From Candidatus Eiseniibacteriota bacterium (GTDB lineage Bacteria; Eisenbacteria; RBG-16-71-46; CAIMUX01; JAHJDP01), in assembly GCA_018831195.1 (NCBI GenBank), contig JAHJDP010000031.1, forward strand, positions 7,151 to 71,150: a stretch of 64,000 bases of DNA, given 5' to 3'. The translations under genes were made by a program, and so were the position numbers. The notes under the pieces were generated by a model that worked only from the letters and a program-made list of their open reading frames with translations, was not told the DNA's origin and ran no database searches. Position 1 is the stretch's first letter. Each line of letters starts with the position of its first letter. Of this stretch, positions 9,363 to 19,408 are shown piece after piece.

Positions 9363-10454
9363 TTATGGCTGCGTGGGCGCCCACAATGACTCGCGCCGGT
9401 AGAGCTGGCGCAGCGCCCCTTCACCCAGGCACCGCAGGGACGTCGCCCGCAATAGCCGGCGGACTTCCCCGCGCCCTATTTTGACCTTCGCTTCCAACAC
9501 CTCGGGATTGTCCCAAGCCCGTTTGAGTGTTGAGAGGGCGAGAAAAAGGGGCCAAAGGCAGAAAAGACGGATGCGGGGAGCCGAGCGCGGAATGAGAAGA
9601 GTGAATTCCAGCGCACCCTCAAGATGATCCAGCGATTTCCTGATCAAATCTTTCACAATTTCCAAAGAGGATTCCCGCGCCGCGGGATCGAGCAGGCACT
9701 CCACGGCCAAGCCGTGAAAAGAGGCCAGGGAGCGGGGCACATAGGACCACCCCCGTGCCCGGTCGGCGACAATATCTTGGACAATATTTGTATACTGGAG
9801 GCCGAGGCTGAAGTGAAAGGCCGTCCGCTCCAACCCCCGGCGCCGATCCCCATCCGTCAAACCCAATTGCGCACAGAAGAGCTGCTGTAAGAAACGGCCG
9901 ACCGTTCCCGCAACACAATCTGCATATTGTACAAGCTCGTTCTCGTTGTCCAGCGCGCCGATCAGAGGCCGGCAGACGACCGGCATCGCGGGGTCGATCA
10001 CCATAACTTCGCGGGAGATAGTGGCCGCCATGCCGCGCGACATCTCACCGACACATCCGGCGATGAGTTTCTTTTGTTCCGAAGGCAGCCGGTTGACGGA
10101 CAGAATCACGCGGGCTGATTCGACGGCAAGCGACCAACTCTGACGGGTCTCTTCGTCCGCCTCAACAAATCGGGATTGTGAAGCGAGAGCCCGCAGCTTC
10201 TCATCCAACAAAGCGCTCACCTCGGGATCCCACGACCCGCAGAGCGCCTCCACCGCATCGGCGTATTGTTTAAGCGCCTCAACTCGAAGCGGGGCGGGAA
10301 TCGATGTATCGTCTTCGATCGTGTCGGCGATCCGGCAGAGGAGATAGGCCAGCAGTACCGGGCGACCCAGGGCAGGCGGCAGAACACGGATCGCCATGGC
10401 AAAGGTCCGCGAGACCCGGGGCAGCATCCGCTTGCAGAATTTTAAATCGCTCAC
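9363..10454 (-). CDS. Squalene/phytoene synthase family protein
   Basis: VSRTFA, YLLCRIADTIEDD, YADCVAGTVG, LQYTNIVQDIVAD, IRLFCLWP: head-to-head prenyltransferase motifs of the squalene-synthase type. Confidence 0.88.
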   Translation of the reverse strand: MSDLKFCKRMLPRVSRTFAMAIRVLPPALGRPVLLAYLLCRIADTIEDDTSIPAPLRVEALKQYADAVEALCGSWDPEVSALLDEKLRALASQSRFVEADEETRQSWSLAVESARVILSVNRLPSEQKKLIAGCVGEMSRGMAATISREVMVIDPAMPVVCRPLIGALDNENELVQYADCVAGTVGRFLQQLFCAQLGLTDGDRRRGLERTAFHFSLGLQYTNIVQDIVADRARGWSYVPRSLASFHGLAVECLLDPAARESSLEIVKDLIRKSLDHLEGALEFTLLIPRSAPRIRLFCLWPLFLALSTLKRAWDNPEVLEAKVKIGRGEVRRLLRATSLRCLGEGALRQLYRRESLWAPTQP

Positions 10455-11893
10455 GTCGCCGCTCCGCTTCCGCGCGTTTCCGCTCGTTTCCGGCCGCGCT
10501 CATAGAGAATCAATGCGGAAATGATAAAGAGCGCTGTTCCGCCGGCAACTTTAATAAGGTGCAAGCTCGGATTCGCGCTTCCTCCCGGCGGAAGAATCGC
10601 CAGGATCATGGCGAGGGTTACGGCGGCGAAACCCAGCAATCCGCAAAACCAGACACCGAGACGACCGCCGGGCAAATCCAGAACCTTTGAACTTCCCCCC
10701 ATCCCGCGGATCCCTTTATCCAAGCGGATCAGCGCGATAAACATGTATAAGTAGGGGATGAAGTAGACAAGGAGCGTTGTGTCGACGAGCACCATATAGA
10801 TTTCCTGCGGACCGGCGCCGAGAGATCCGGCAATGATAAAGAAGGAGGCGAGGATACCCTGAAAGAGCAGGGCGACATGCGGGGAACCCCAGCGGGGGTG
10901 CACACGTCCCAGGGATTCCGGGAGATACTTCTCAAGCCCGGCGACAAAGAGGATACGGGCTGAACCGCCCAGCCAGGCGCCGACGCCACCGATGCCGCCC
11001 AAAGTCATGAGAAGGGCGACCGCTCCGCCGAGCCCCGGCGCGCCGACTTTGGCGCCGACCGAGGCGATCGCCTGCAGCACACCGGTGATGATACTGATTT
11101 CTGAACCGGGGACGGCAACCAGGATCGCCGCTGTTCCGAGAATGTAGATCAGGGTAATAATGATCCCCGAAACAATCATAGCCCGGTGCAGATTGCGGCG
11201 GGGATTTTTGATTTCTCCCCCAAGGACCGCGGCCAGCTCCAATCCGGCAAAGGCAAAGCAGATCTCGGCAAAGAAGGAGATTGTATCGCGGCTACCCAAA
11301 TCCGGTAGAACATTCTTGAGGGTGATCGTATTCGCCGGGCCATATTTCACCCAGGCGAGAAATCCGAGCACGACCAGCAGCAGGGCGGGGATCCATGCCG
11401 CCAACCCGCCCAAATTGTGTATCCAGCGCCCCGTCTTCAGGCCGAGAATGTTCGCCCCCAGGGCGATCCAGAGAACGGCGAGTGAGAAGAGAACAACATA
11501 GAGTGTGCTGCCCTCGAGCGGCCGGGTCGCATCCCCCCCGATAAATGAAGCGAAGCCGGCGAGGGCGACCAGCAGGGTCGGATAATAGATAATGTTGTTG
11601 GCCCAATAGCACCATCCGGCGATAAACCCATGGCGCGGGCCGAAGGCCCGCTGCGACCAAACATAGACGCCGCCTTCTTCGGGTATCGCGGAGCCGAGAC
11701 GCGCAACGGCCATTCCCTGCGGAATAAAGAAAGCGATCAGCGCCAAAACCCAAAGAGAGAGAGAGGAAGGTCCTCCGGCGGCGGCGAGGGCGACCCATCG
11801 TAATCCGACAATCGCAACGATGTTGAAGAGGACCAGATCTCTAAAGCCCATGACACGACGGAGTTCACCCATCCTGACCTCTCCCGGTTTCAT
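10451..11893 (-). CDS. APC-family amino acid permease (GadC-like)
   Basis: About 12 hydrophobic segments, EEGGVYVW, FAFAGLE, EIKNPRRN. Start approximate. Confidence 0.9.
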   Translation of the reverse strand: MKPGEVRMGELRRVMGFRDLVLFNIVAIVGLRWVALAAAGGPSSLSLWVLALIAFFIPQGMAVARLGSAIPEEGGVYVWSQRAFGPRHGFIAGWCYWANNIIYYPTLLVALAGFASFIGGDATRPLEGSTLYVVLFSLAVLWIALGANILGLKTGRWIHNLGGLAAWIPALLLVVLGFLAWVKYGPANTITLKNVLPDLGSRDTISFFAEICFAFAGLELAAVLGGEIKNPRRNLHRAMIVSGIIITLIYILGTAAILVAVPGSEISIITGVLQAIASVGAKVGAPGLGGAVALLMTLGGIGGVGAWLGGSARILFVAGLEKYLPESLGRVHPRWGSPHVALLFQGILASFFIIAGSLGAGPQEIYMVLVDTTLLVYFIPYLYMFIALIRLDKGIRGMGGSSKVLDLPGGRLGVWFCGLLGFAAVTLAMILAILPPGGSANPSLHLIKVAGGTALFIISALILYERGRKRAETRGSGAAT

Positions 11894-12219
11894 TATCTGG
11901 CCTCTGGCGGTCCGCACAGATTTGGATGCCCCGATACTAGGTCAAGAAATGATCCCGCGAAACAGCCGCGGGACCGCCCCGAAACGATTTTCACCTCATC
12001 GGCGGCGCCATTATCCGCAACAAGAAAATCACCTCTTCAGCGATGGGCAAACCGACCGAAAGGTTCTTGTGGAGACCCTAGAAAACCGTCTATTATGGTG
12101 GCGCAGATGCGCCCTCAGGGGCCAGACATGACAGCGGCTAAACGCCAGCTGGAGCCGGGTATCCCCTTTCACTTCCGGCAAGTAGCTGGAGCCAATCGGT
12201 ATTGCACCTGGAGGTCCCC

Positions 12220-13395
12220 ATGAGGATTCCCACCCATCTGAGGCCATTCTACGCCGCCCTGATCTTGATACTCCTCTTTCTCTTCCCACCCTCTCACGCC
12301 ACCGCCGATGGAGACGCCCGGGGGAAAATCGCCGTTATCGAAGATGCTGCGATGCTGCATGCCTTCAGCACGGAGACGGGACATTGGTCATCCCTCAACT
12401 ACAGCGGAAGCGTGATGACCCATCTTCTCAGCGACTATCTGGGTCTCTTCATAACGGATGAGAATGTTTATGCCTACAATCCGATCAGTAATAACTGGGT
12501 GCCCCACCACTATCTTGGAAACCTCCTGGGATGGGATCTCAAGTCGGCCACCGCGGTCTGCTGGACGGCGAACAACTGCTTTGCCGTCGCAACGATTTGG
12601 GCTCAATGGAATGTCGAGCCGATGTCCTATCGAGAGCGGGTGATCGGAGCCGGTTCGGCCGGCAATTTCGCTCTTGTGTGGACAAATGTGCGCGCCTTGG
12701 CCTACAGCTCGGGAACAGGCGCTTGGGTTACGATCCAACTGCCGGAAAGAGCGGTTGGCGGGCTTGCCTCCGACGGATTGGGGCTTGTTTGGACCGATGC
12801 CAGTGTCTATGCCTTTGACGCGACGCCCCCCGGCGCTTGGATACCGCTTGGTCTGGAGGGGGTTCAAGGGATCAGCGCCGCGGGATCGGGGGAAATCGGT
12901 TTGATCTGGGGTGACAATGAGGCCCTGGCCTACAGCGGCGTCCTGAACGATTGGTTTAACATAAATAGCGATCAGTCGTTTCTTGGAGGCGTCGCCGGCG
13001 GCGAGGTCGGGTTGATCTGGACCGAGACAAAGGCTTTCGGCTTCAATGCATGGACCGGTCAATGGGTGAGTCTCTCTCTGCAACCAGAGACATCCGGCGT
13101 GGAGGAGCCATCGCAAAGCTCATCGGACCAATTCAGGATCTCTCCGAACCCCTGCGCGGGCCCCACCATGAGCTTCCAGCTTCCCGGTGATTCATCCTGG
13201 AGATTGGATATTGTTGATGTCACCGGACGCCGTGTTCGACGGTTTGATTCTTCAGAACTCTCTCCGGGCGCCTCGTTGGAATGGAATCGCACCGATGAAG
13301 AGGGCCGGTCGTTGCAAGCCGGTGTCTACTGGGTTCAGGCGAGATCAGAGAACCGCGAGGAAGTCCGGCGGATTGTTCTTCTGCCGCCGCAATAG
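12220..13395 (+). CDS. Secreted 7-repeat putative beta-propeller with FlgD-Ig/T9SS-like C-terminal domain
   Basis: Signal peptide, seven ~37-aa repeats, C-terminal PNP...DVTGRRVR...W..TDEEGRSLQAGVYWV. Confidence 0.8.
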   Translation: MRIPTHLRPFYAALILILLFLFPPSHATADGDARGKIAVIEDAAMLHAFSTETGHWSSLNYSGSVMTHLLSDYLGLFITDENVYAYNPISNNWVPHHYLGNLLGWDLKSATAVCWTANNCFAVATIWAQWNVEPMSYRERVIGAGSAGNFALVWTNVRALAYSSGTGAWVTIQLPERAVGGLASDGLGLVWTDASVYAFDATPPGAWIPLGLEGVQGISAAGSGEIGLIWGDNEALAYSGVLNDWFNINSDQSFLGGVAGGEVGLIWTETKAFGFNAWTGQWVSLSLQPETSGVEEPSQSSSDQFRISPNPCAGPTMSFQLPGDSSWRLDIVDVTGRRVRRFDSSELSPGASLEWNRTDEEGRSLQAGVYWVQARSENREEVRRIVLLPPQ

Positions 13396-13416
13396 CCTGC
13401 ATTCTTGCATGCCAAA

Positions 13417-13441
13417 CGCCCGGACTCACAGAACCCGGGCG
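13417..13441. terminator. GC hairpin between convergent genes
   Basis: cgcccgg...ccgggcg stem, similar to the hairpin at 14450-14476. Confidence 0.5.
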
Positions 13442-13495
13442 CCGGCTTGACATCTTTGTTGTCGCACTCTTTTTTGTTAAACGCTCCCCAGATGC

Positions 13496-14254
13496 TTATT
13501 CGTAGAGTCTCTTGATCTGACCCCACGTGCTTTCCCGTGTGGGCGTCGGCTCGTTACAAAGGGCGTTAAAGAAGGTCACGGTTTCGGTCTCCCCCCATTC
13601 GAGATTGATAATCTGTGATTCGGGGTAGATCGGCTCCCAATCCGGCGGCATGATTTCCGATACTATATATTCACCGAGAAGGAGACCCTCCCAGCAGAAG
13701 CGACCGGAGTTGTCCGTCATCCGGCAAAATTGATCGCCATAGGGAGTCTCGATACAGACCCACCAGCCGGGAATAGGAAGATCCACATCGGTCAGGATTT
13801 CATTGCAATCGGTATCTTCATACTTCTCGGCGCAGATCGTTCCCGTGCCATTACAAACATAAAAGGTCACTTCGGCAATCGCCTCATCGCCCGCCTCAAA
13901 TGACCAGTATTCCAGACGGATCCAATATTTCCCGTCGAGGAGACTGTTTGGAACCGTCCAATACCGAGTGATGCTCATGCCGGTGGCGCCTGGATAGGTT
14001 TCCGTATCGAGGAGAATTGTCTGTGTGGGATCCCACAATTCAAAGAGCACATAGTTCGGAGTCGTGGAATAGGTTATCTCCCATGAAATCTCAACCTGGC
14101 CGCCCGGATTCTCGACGCAAAAGGGTGGTTCCGGCTCTCGTCCCAGATTGATCGTTGCCTCGGATATGTCCGCCAGAAGCGGTGTCGCCATGATGGCCGC
14201 GAGGACCAAAACCAAGAGAACCTTCAATGCTATCATGTTGCCGTTCAATTTCAT
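13496..14254 (-). CDS. Secreted Ig-like/SdrD-B-like protein with TWGQIKRLYE tag (paralog 1)
   Basis: GGAGG RBS, signal peptide, KYEDTDCN...GW...TDNSGRFCWEGL..GEYIVSE (SdrD B/Cna-B-like pattern). Confidence 0.8.
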   Translation of the reverse strand: MKLNGNMIALKVLLVLVLAAIMATPLLADISEATINLGREPEPPFCVENPGGQVEISWEITYSTTPNYVLFELWDPTQTILLDTETYPGATGMSITRYWTVPNSLLDGKYWIRLEYWSFEAGDEAIAEVTFYVCNGTGTICAEKYEDTDCNEILTDVDLPIPGWWVCIETPYGDQFCRMTDNSGRFCWEGLLLGEYIVSEIMPPDWEPIYPESQIINLEWGETETVTFFNALCNEPTPTRESTWGQIKRLYE

Positions 14255-14354
14255 CGATGCTCCTCCCTTCATATAGATTAGGTATCGACGCTGCTTCATC
14301 GTCCCTGCATCAAATCCATGCTTCGAAATATACTTATTTATGAAATAACTAATA

Positions 14355-14384
14355 ATAATATCACTAATTGAGATCGGATATCAA
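14355..14384 (-). promoter_or_regulatory. Sigma70-like promoter
   Basis: Minus strand TTGATA-N18-TATTAT in the AT-rich spacer. Confidence 0.45.
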
Positions 14385-14445
14385 GTCTATTTGGAGGGCC
14401 CGGCGAGTTTAATGCGGATCAGGTTAAGGCTTAAAAAAAGGACGG

Positions 14446-14476
14446 AAAACGCCCGGGTTCTCACCAAACCCGGGCG
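14446..14476 (-). terminator. Rho-independent terminator of the 14504-15262 gene
   Basis: 10-bp stem cgcccgggtt/aacccgggcg followed by TTTT on the minus strand. Confidence 0.75.
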
Positions 14477-14503
14477 CAATCTCATGCCAGCTGCGGATAA
14501 AAC

Positions 14504-15262
14504 CTATTCGTAGATTCTCTTGATCTGGCCCCATGTGCTTTCACGAGTTGGTGTTGGCTCAGGGCACATGCTGTTGAAGAAGGTGATGGTGATCGACTCA
14601 CCCCACTCAAGATCAACAAGCTGAGATATGGGATAAATAGGCACCCAGTCGGGCTGCATGACCTCAAAAACCGTGTATTGACCGAGCTGGAGACCATCCC
14701 AACAGGCGATTCCGTATTGATCGGTTTGCTGACAGTACTGATCGCCATAGGGGGTTTCCAAGCAAACCCACCAACCCTGGATGGGGAGATCGGCCCTATT
14801 CAGAATGCCGTCGCAATCGGTATCATCCCACTTCTCAGCGCAGATGCTGCCGGTACCATTACAAACGTAGAAAGAGACTTCGGCATTGGCTTCATTGCCG
14901 GCCTCGTATGACCAAAACTCGATTCGGATCCAATATTTCCCATCAACAAGCCCATTCGGGACAACCCAACTCCGCATGATGTTCACACCCGTTGCGCCGG
15001 GATAGGTTTCGGTTTCAAGCAGAACCGTCATGGTGGGATCCCAAAGCTCATAGAGGACAAAATTCGGTGTCGTCTCGTATGTGACGAACCAGTTGATATC
15101 GAGTGTTCCCCCTGGATTTTCAACGCAGTACGGCGGTTCAGGCTCCCGTCCCAGGTTGATTGTGGCTTCCATCGGATCAGCCAGGACTGGAACGATCAAA
15201 GTGATGGCTAATGTTAAAGCCAAACAAACGGTGAGGATTGAACGGCTGGCGTGAGTCTTCAT
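14504..15262 (-). CDS. Secreted Ig-like/SdrD-B-like protein with TWGQIKRIYE tag (paralog 2)
   Basis: Colinear and clearly similar to 13496-14254 (EATINLGREPEPP.CVENPGG; EPTPTRESTWGQIKR). Confidence 0.8.
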   Translation of the reverse strand: MKTHASRSILTVCLALTLAITLIVPVLADPMEATINLGREPEPPYCVENPGGTLDINWFVTYETTPNFVLYELWDPTMTVLLETETYPGATGVNIMRSWVVPNGLVDGKYWIRIEFWSYEAGNEANAEVSFYVCNGTGSICAEKWDDTDCDGILNRADLPIQGWWVCLETPYGDQYCQQTDQYGIACWDGLQLGQYTVFEVMQPDWVPIYPISQLVDLEWGESITITFFNSMCPEPTPTRESTWGQIKRIYE

Positions 15263-15489
15263 CGATGCCCCTCCCACTGTGGCCGGATGCCGACCAAAGT
15301 ATGTCTTCCCTGCATCACGTTGCGGGTCCTAAATAGACCCATTCCTACAATCACACTGGATGATATCAGCCAATGGAGCGAATTACAAGTGTATTTTTGC
15401 TTGAGACGCCCAGAAAAAGAAGACTCGCAATTCCTTGTCCACGTTGGAGTTGGAATTCATGGCCGAGGAGAAACCCTTGATTTGAATGT

Positions 15490-15936
15490 TTACGGCCTGT
15501 TCTCTGGGGGCGGCGGGCCGATTTGGGTGCCAATGCCGACACCGGGAAATCCGGTGTCTCTCACGATATCGAGTATCCAGACAACCTCTCCATGGCGGAC
15601 CCCCGCCTCGGCCTTAATCATCACCCGGCTCTGGGGATCGGCCGCCAGGATCTCGAGCAAGCGTCCCTTGAGTTGGGGCATGGGCGTCTCCTCGCCATCG
15701 AGAATAAGACGGCCGCTTTCGGTCATGATGACCTCGACCTCATGCGCCAGCTCCCCCTCCAACGCCGGCGTCGACGTGGTCGAGCGCGGCAATTGAAGTT
15801 CGAGCTCACCCACCCGTTTGAAGGTCCCGGTCACAGCAAAGAAAATGATCAATAGGAAAAGAACATCGATCAATGGTGTCACATTGAGGGTGATCTGCTT
15901 GCGCTCTTTTCCGATCCGGAAGGAGATGGCGCTCAT
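15490..15936 (-). CDS. exbD: ExbD/TolR biopolymer transport protein
   Basis: NVTPLIDVLFLLIIFF transmembrane motif with the conserved Asp. Confidence 0.92.
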   Translation of the reverse strand: MSAISFRIGKERKQITLNVTPLIDVLFLLIIFFAVTGTFKRVGELELQLPRSTTSTPALEGELAHEVEVIMTESGRLILDGEETPMPQLKGRLLEILAADPQSRVMIKAEAGVRHGEVVWILDIVRDTGFPGVGIGTQIGPPPPENRP

Positions 15937-16601
15937 CGGTCCACCTCCCTTGATGAGGTCGCGGATGACGTCATCGATGCGGCCGCCGGTGAGGCCGGGT
16001 GGTTCAAACGAAGTTGAGCCACCAGATGCCCGGCATAGGCTTCTATTTCGGCGACGAGGGTTTCGGATTTTGAGGCGAGGACATTGTAAGTGATAAGGGA
16101 GGGAATGCCGATTCCCAGCCCGATGGCCGTCGTGACAATCGCCTCGCTGATGCCGCCGGAAAGGGCCTGCGGATCACCCAGACCGGAGAGAGAGATCGAG
16201 GCGAACATCTTTATCATTCCCAGCACCGTTCCAAGCAGGCCGAGCAACGGCGCCGCCTGCGCGATTGTTTGTAACCAGACAAGATGCCGTTCCAACACGG
16301 CTGTCTTTTGACGGCCCATATCGACCAGCATGTCGCGCATGATTTCCCATGGTTCATGGGCGTATTCGAGTCCGACGAGGATCACATCCGAAAAGACACC
16401 CGGGTTACGCCGGCAGACTTCAATCGCAAGATCCAGCTCACGGTTGGGACGAACCGCTTCAACCACCTCGATGATTTCGCGGGGCAGCACGCGGCTCCGT
16501 CTCAGGGCCAGTATCCGCTCGATCGCAATCGTGGTCGCAACAATGCTGCAGAGCGCCAGCGGGTAAATGAGGGGTCCGGCCTTTTGCAGGAACTCAAACA
16601 T
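15933..16601 (-). CDS. exbB: ExbB/TolQ/MotA proton channel
   Basis: APLLGLLGTVLGMI, GGISEAIVTTAIGL. Confidence 0.92.
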   Translation of the reverse strand: MFEFLQKAGPLIYPLALCSIVATTIAIERILALRRSRVLPREIIEVVEAVRPNRELDLAIEVCRRNPGVFSDVILVGLEYAHEPWEIMRDMLVDMGRQKTAVLERHLVWLQTIAQAAPLLGLLGTVLGMIKMFASISLSGLGDPQALSGGISEAIVTTAIGLGIGIPSLITYNVLASKSETLVAEIEAYAGHLVAQLRLNHPASPAAASMTSSATSSREVDR

Positions 16602-16626
16602 GAACAGGGTCTCCTTCCGGGTTCTT

Positions 16627-17790
16627 CTAACGCCGAGAGCGCGGGCGCCCCGTCTCTTGGCGCTGAGTCTCTGGTGGTAGCGCCTTGTAACTCATACGAA
16701 TTTGAAGGATCAGGGTCTTCTCTGGAAAATGGCTGGGAAGGGGGTCATAGGGGGCCGCCTTCCGGAGCGCGTCGACACTGGCCTCCCGAAGCGCTTGGTG
16801 GCCGTCCGCCGCGATGACATCACACCGGAGAAGCTCGCCGGTCAGCGCGATCTCAAGCTCGCAATCAGTATAACCATGTATCAAGCCGAGATGGTATCCG
16901 AGCGGGGCAATCCATTTTTGTATAACTTTGCGCCGAAACTGCTGCATCCAGTAACCATAGGCCCATTCAGTCGTATTGAGACTGATAATCCCCGAGAGAT
17001 CGGTATTCCCGCCGGGGCTCGACATCGCCTCTTGCGCGATATCGCTCATTCCAAGGGGCTGGATACGCCGTTGCGCTGAGTCGGAGGCGAGACCCTGCTC
17101 CAGGAAAGATTTCATGGGATGCTCCAGTCCCGCGCCTTTGGGAATCAGAAAAGAGCTTCCCGTTTCAGATGGTTCAGGCGTTTCTTTTATTTCCGGTGAT
17201 TCTATATTTTCAGCGGTAACCTCGGGTTCCGCGCCCTTATCTTCGGGCTTTTCCTCGGGCTTGACCGCCTCAGGCGCCGTGGCATCTTCCGGCCTTTCCG
17301 TCTCAGCCGTCATTCCCTGCGCCGTCCCCTGGTCCATCCTGATCTGCGGGGCGTCGGAGTAACCCTCCTGGCGCGGCAGCGCCCCGGCCTCTCCTCCGGG
17401 CAGGTCGTCCCGCGTGCGGCTCGTGACGTTGCTGAGATAATCGGCCCGCTCGGGAGGATCATCCGCCCGATCGGGTGGGAGTTCGGTGAAAAAGGTCGGC
17501 TCTTCCGGCGTCGGGGGTTGGGGGTCCGGTTCCGGCGCAAAGACGACCTGAATCGGCTCCGGCGCTTCCTTTTGTGCCAAGGCCGGTTCCACAAGATGCA
17601 GGAATTGAGCCGCGAGGAGAACTCCAAAATGGAGCATCAGCGTGAGGATAAAGGCAAAGATCCAGACACCCCGTCTTGACCGATGTTGCCCGAGTATCGG
17701 GGTTTGCGGCCCCGGTCCACCCGGCCTGGTCATCAGTGTCGCTTGGTGGGAAATATTCATCGAGTGTCTCGGTTTGCGGATCATCGGCAC
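16627..17790 (-). CDS. TonB/TolA-like energy transducer
   Basis: Single TM helix with His (LMLHF), long Pro/Glu-rich linker, C-terminal domain ending AAPYDPLP; directly upstream of exbB. Start uncertain. Confidence 0.75.
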   Translation of the reverse strand: MPMIRKPRHSMNISHQATLMTRPGGPGPQTPILGQHRSRRGVWIFAFILTLMLHFGVLLAAQFLHLVEPALAQKEAPEPIQVVFAPEPDPQPPTPEEPTFFTELPPDRADDPPERADYLSNVTSRTRDDLPGGEAGALPRQEGYSDAPQIRMDQGTAQGMTAETERPEDATAPEAVKPEEKPEDKGAEPEVTAENIESPEIKETPEPSETGSSFLIPKGAGLEHPMKSFLEQGLASDSAQRRIQPLGMSDIAQEAMSSPGGNTDLSGIISLNTTEWAYGYWMQQFRRKVIQKWIAPLGYHLGLIHGYTDCELEIALTGELLRCDVIAADGHQALREASVDALRKAAPYDPLPSHFPEKTLILQIRMSYKALPPETQRQETGRPRSRR

Positions 17791-18069
17791 TTTCTACATT
17801 AGCCCGAGCGGCAGGTTCCCCTCAGGCATCCTACGATCAACATTCAAACCTAAAACAAGAGAGACTTTGCGGGGATAAAAGACGCTTCGTTCCTTAAACC
17901 ACCCTGTATCCCACACTCAGACCATCCCTAAATAGAGGCTTTCGTCCTCTCAGGGAATCTCCTCTGCTTGAGGCTTTCTCTCTATAGTGTTATTTTGACG
18001 TTGTCGTGGTGTGTTCCCCCCAAAAAAATGCCGATATTCTTTATGGGTGCCGGTCAATCCCATGAGGAG

Positions 18070-19290
18070 ATGGAAATATCTGTGCTGCAACAATATGATG
18101 TAAAACATCTTACACACATCATCCCCATCCGGGTGATGAGGGTGCGGGTCACCATCGGCATGTGCCTGCTTGTCATCCTCGCGTCCCTTCTTCCCCTACC
18201 CGTCTTCGCCGGCCCCTCCTGGAAGGTCCCGCGTGATTTCGTTTCCGCCTTCCTCATTGAGGCGGAAACGGGAAAAATCTTATTCGAATCGAATGCCTAT
18301 GCCTCGCGGGCGCCCGCCAGCACGACCAAACTGATGACGGCGCTCATCGTGATGGATGCGATCAAGGCGGGAAGGGTGGCGCTGACCGACTCGGTCACTA
18401 TATCCCGCCGGTCCCGGCGTATGGGCGGATCACAGGTCTATCTTACCGAGGGAGAGGTCTTCACTCTCGAAGAGCTGATGCAGGCTCTTATGATCGCATC
18501 GGCCAACGATGCCTCGGTGGCGATTGCGGAGTATGTCGGTGGCGGCTATGAGCATTTTGTCGAGATGATGAACCGCCGCGCCGATCAGATGGGCTTGAAA
18601 GAAACGATCTTTTACAATACCCACGGACTCGATGACCTCCCGTCGCAACGAAACTTGACCTGCGCCTATGATCTCGCCCAGATCGCGCGCGAGCTTGTGA
18701 AATATCCCAAGATCCTCGAATGGACCAGCACCCGCTCCGCGCCCTTTCGCAATAACCAATTCACGCTCAATGCCACAAACAAACTCCTGGGACGGATCGA
18801 AGGATTGGATGGATTGAAAACCGGCTTCACCTGGCGGGCCGGATTTTGCCTCGTGGGCACGGCGCAGCAGGATGGGATGCGTCTCATCTCCGTCATTTTG
18901 GGTTCGCAAACGAGCCGGGGCCGCTTCCTGTCGACCAAACATCTGATCGAGACAGGTTTCATGAGATTTGAGAAGGTTCTGCTGTGCCGTGAGGGCCAGT
19001 CGTTGGGACTGACCATTCCCATTTCAGGCGGTGACTCCGAACAATTGTCCCTTGTCGCCGGCCGCTCGGTCAGCATCATTCTTCCGAAGGAAGACAGATA
19101 CAGGATCCGGGAAACCTACAAGACGGTCAACGCGGCCGAAGCGCCGGTTCGAGAGGGAACACCCCTGGGATACCGGGAGGTTTGGGTGGGTGATCAGGTG
19201 TTGGCCCGGATTCCGGCTGTCGCCTCTCAATCGATATCCAGGGCGGGATTCTTCCGCCAGCTCTGGCGCGGGCTAGGACTTAGCCGCTAA
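18070..19290 (+). CDS. dacA: D-alanyl-D-alanine carboxypeptidase (PBP5/6)
   Basis: SxxK (ASTTK), SxN (SAND), KTG triad plus C-terminal PBP5 domain. Start uncertain (18070-18160). Confidence 0.9.
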   Translation: MEISVLQQYDVKHLTHIIPIRVMRVRVTIGMCLLVILASLLPLPVFAGPSWKVPRDFVSAFLIEAETGKILFESNAYASRAPASTTKLMTALIVMDAIKAGRVALTDSVTISRRSRRMGGSQVYLTEGEVFTLEELMQALMIASANDASVAIAEYVGGGYEHFVEMMNRRADQMGLKETIFYNTHGLDDLPSQRNLTCAYDLAQIARELVKYPKILEWTSTRSAPFRNNQFTLNATNKLLGRIEGLDGLKTGFTWRAGFCLVGTAQQDGMRLISVILGSQTSRGRFLSTKHLIETGFMRFEKVLLCREGQSLGLTIPISGGDSEQLSLVAGRSVSIILPKEDRYRIRETYKTVNAAEAPVREGTPLGYREVWVGDQVLARIPAVASQSISRAGFFRQLWRGLGLSR

Positions 19291-19408
19291 AACCCTCCAA
19301 CCCCTTGCGTCAAGAAGAAGTACCTGCCAAAGTTCAGTGAAGATTCAATGCCCGGCTTTGTCGGGGAATCCGGCGTTTTATCGAGCACATTCGAAGGGGT
19401 ATGACACC

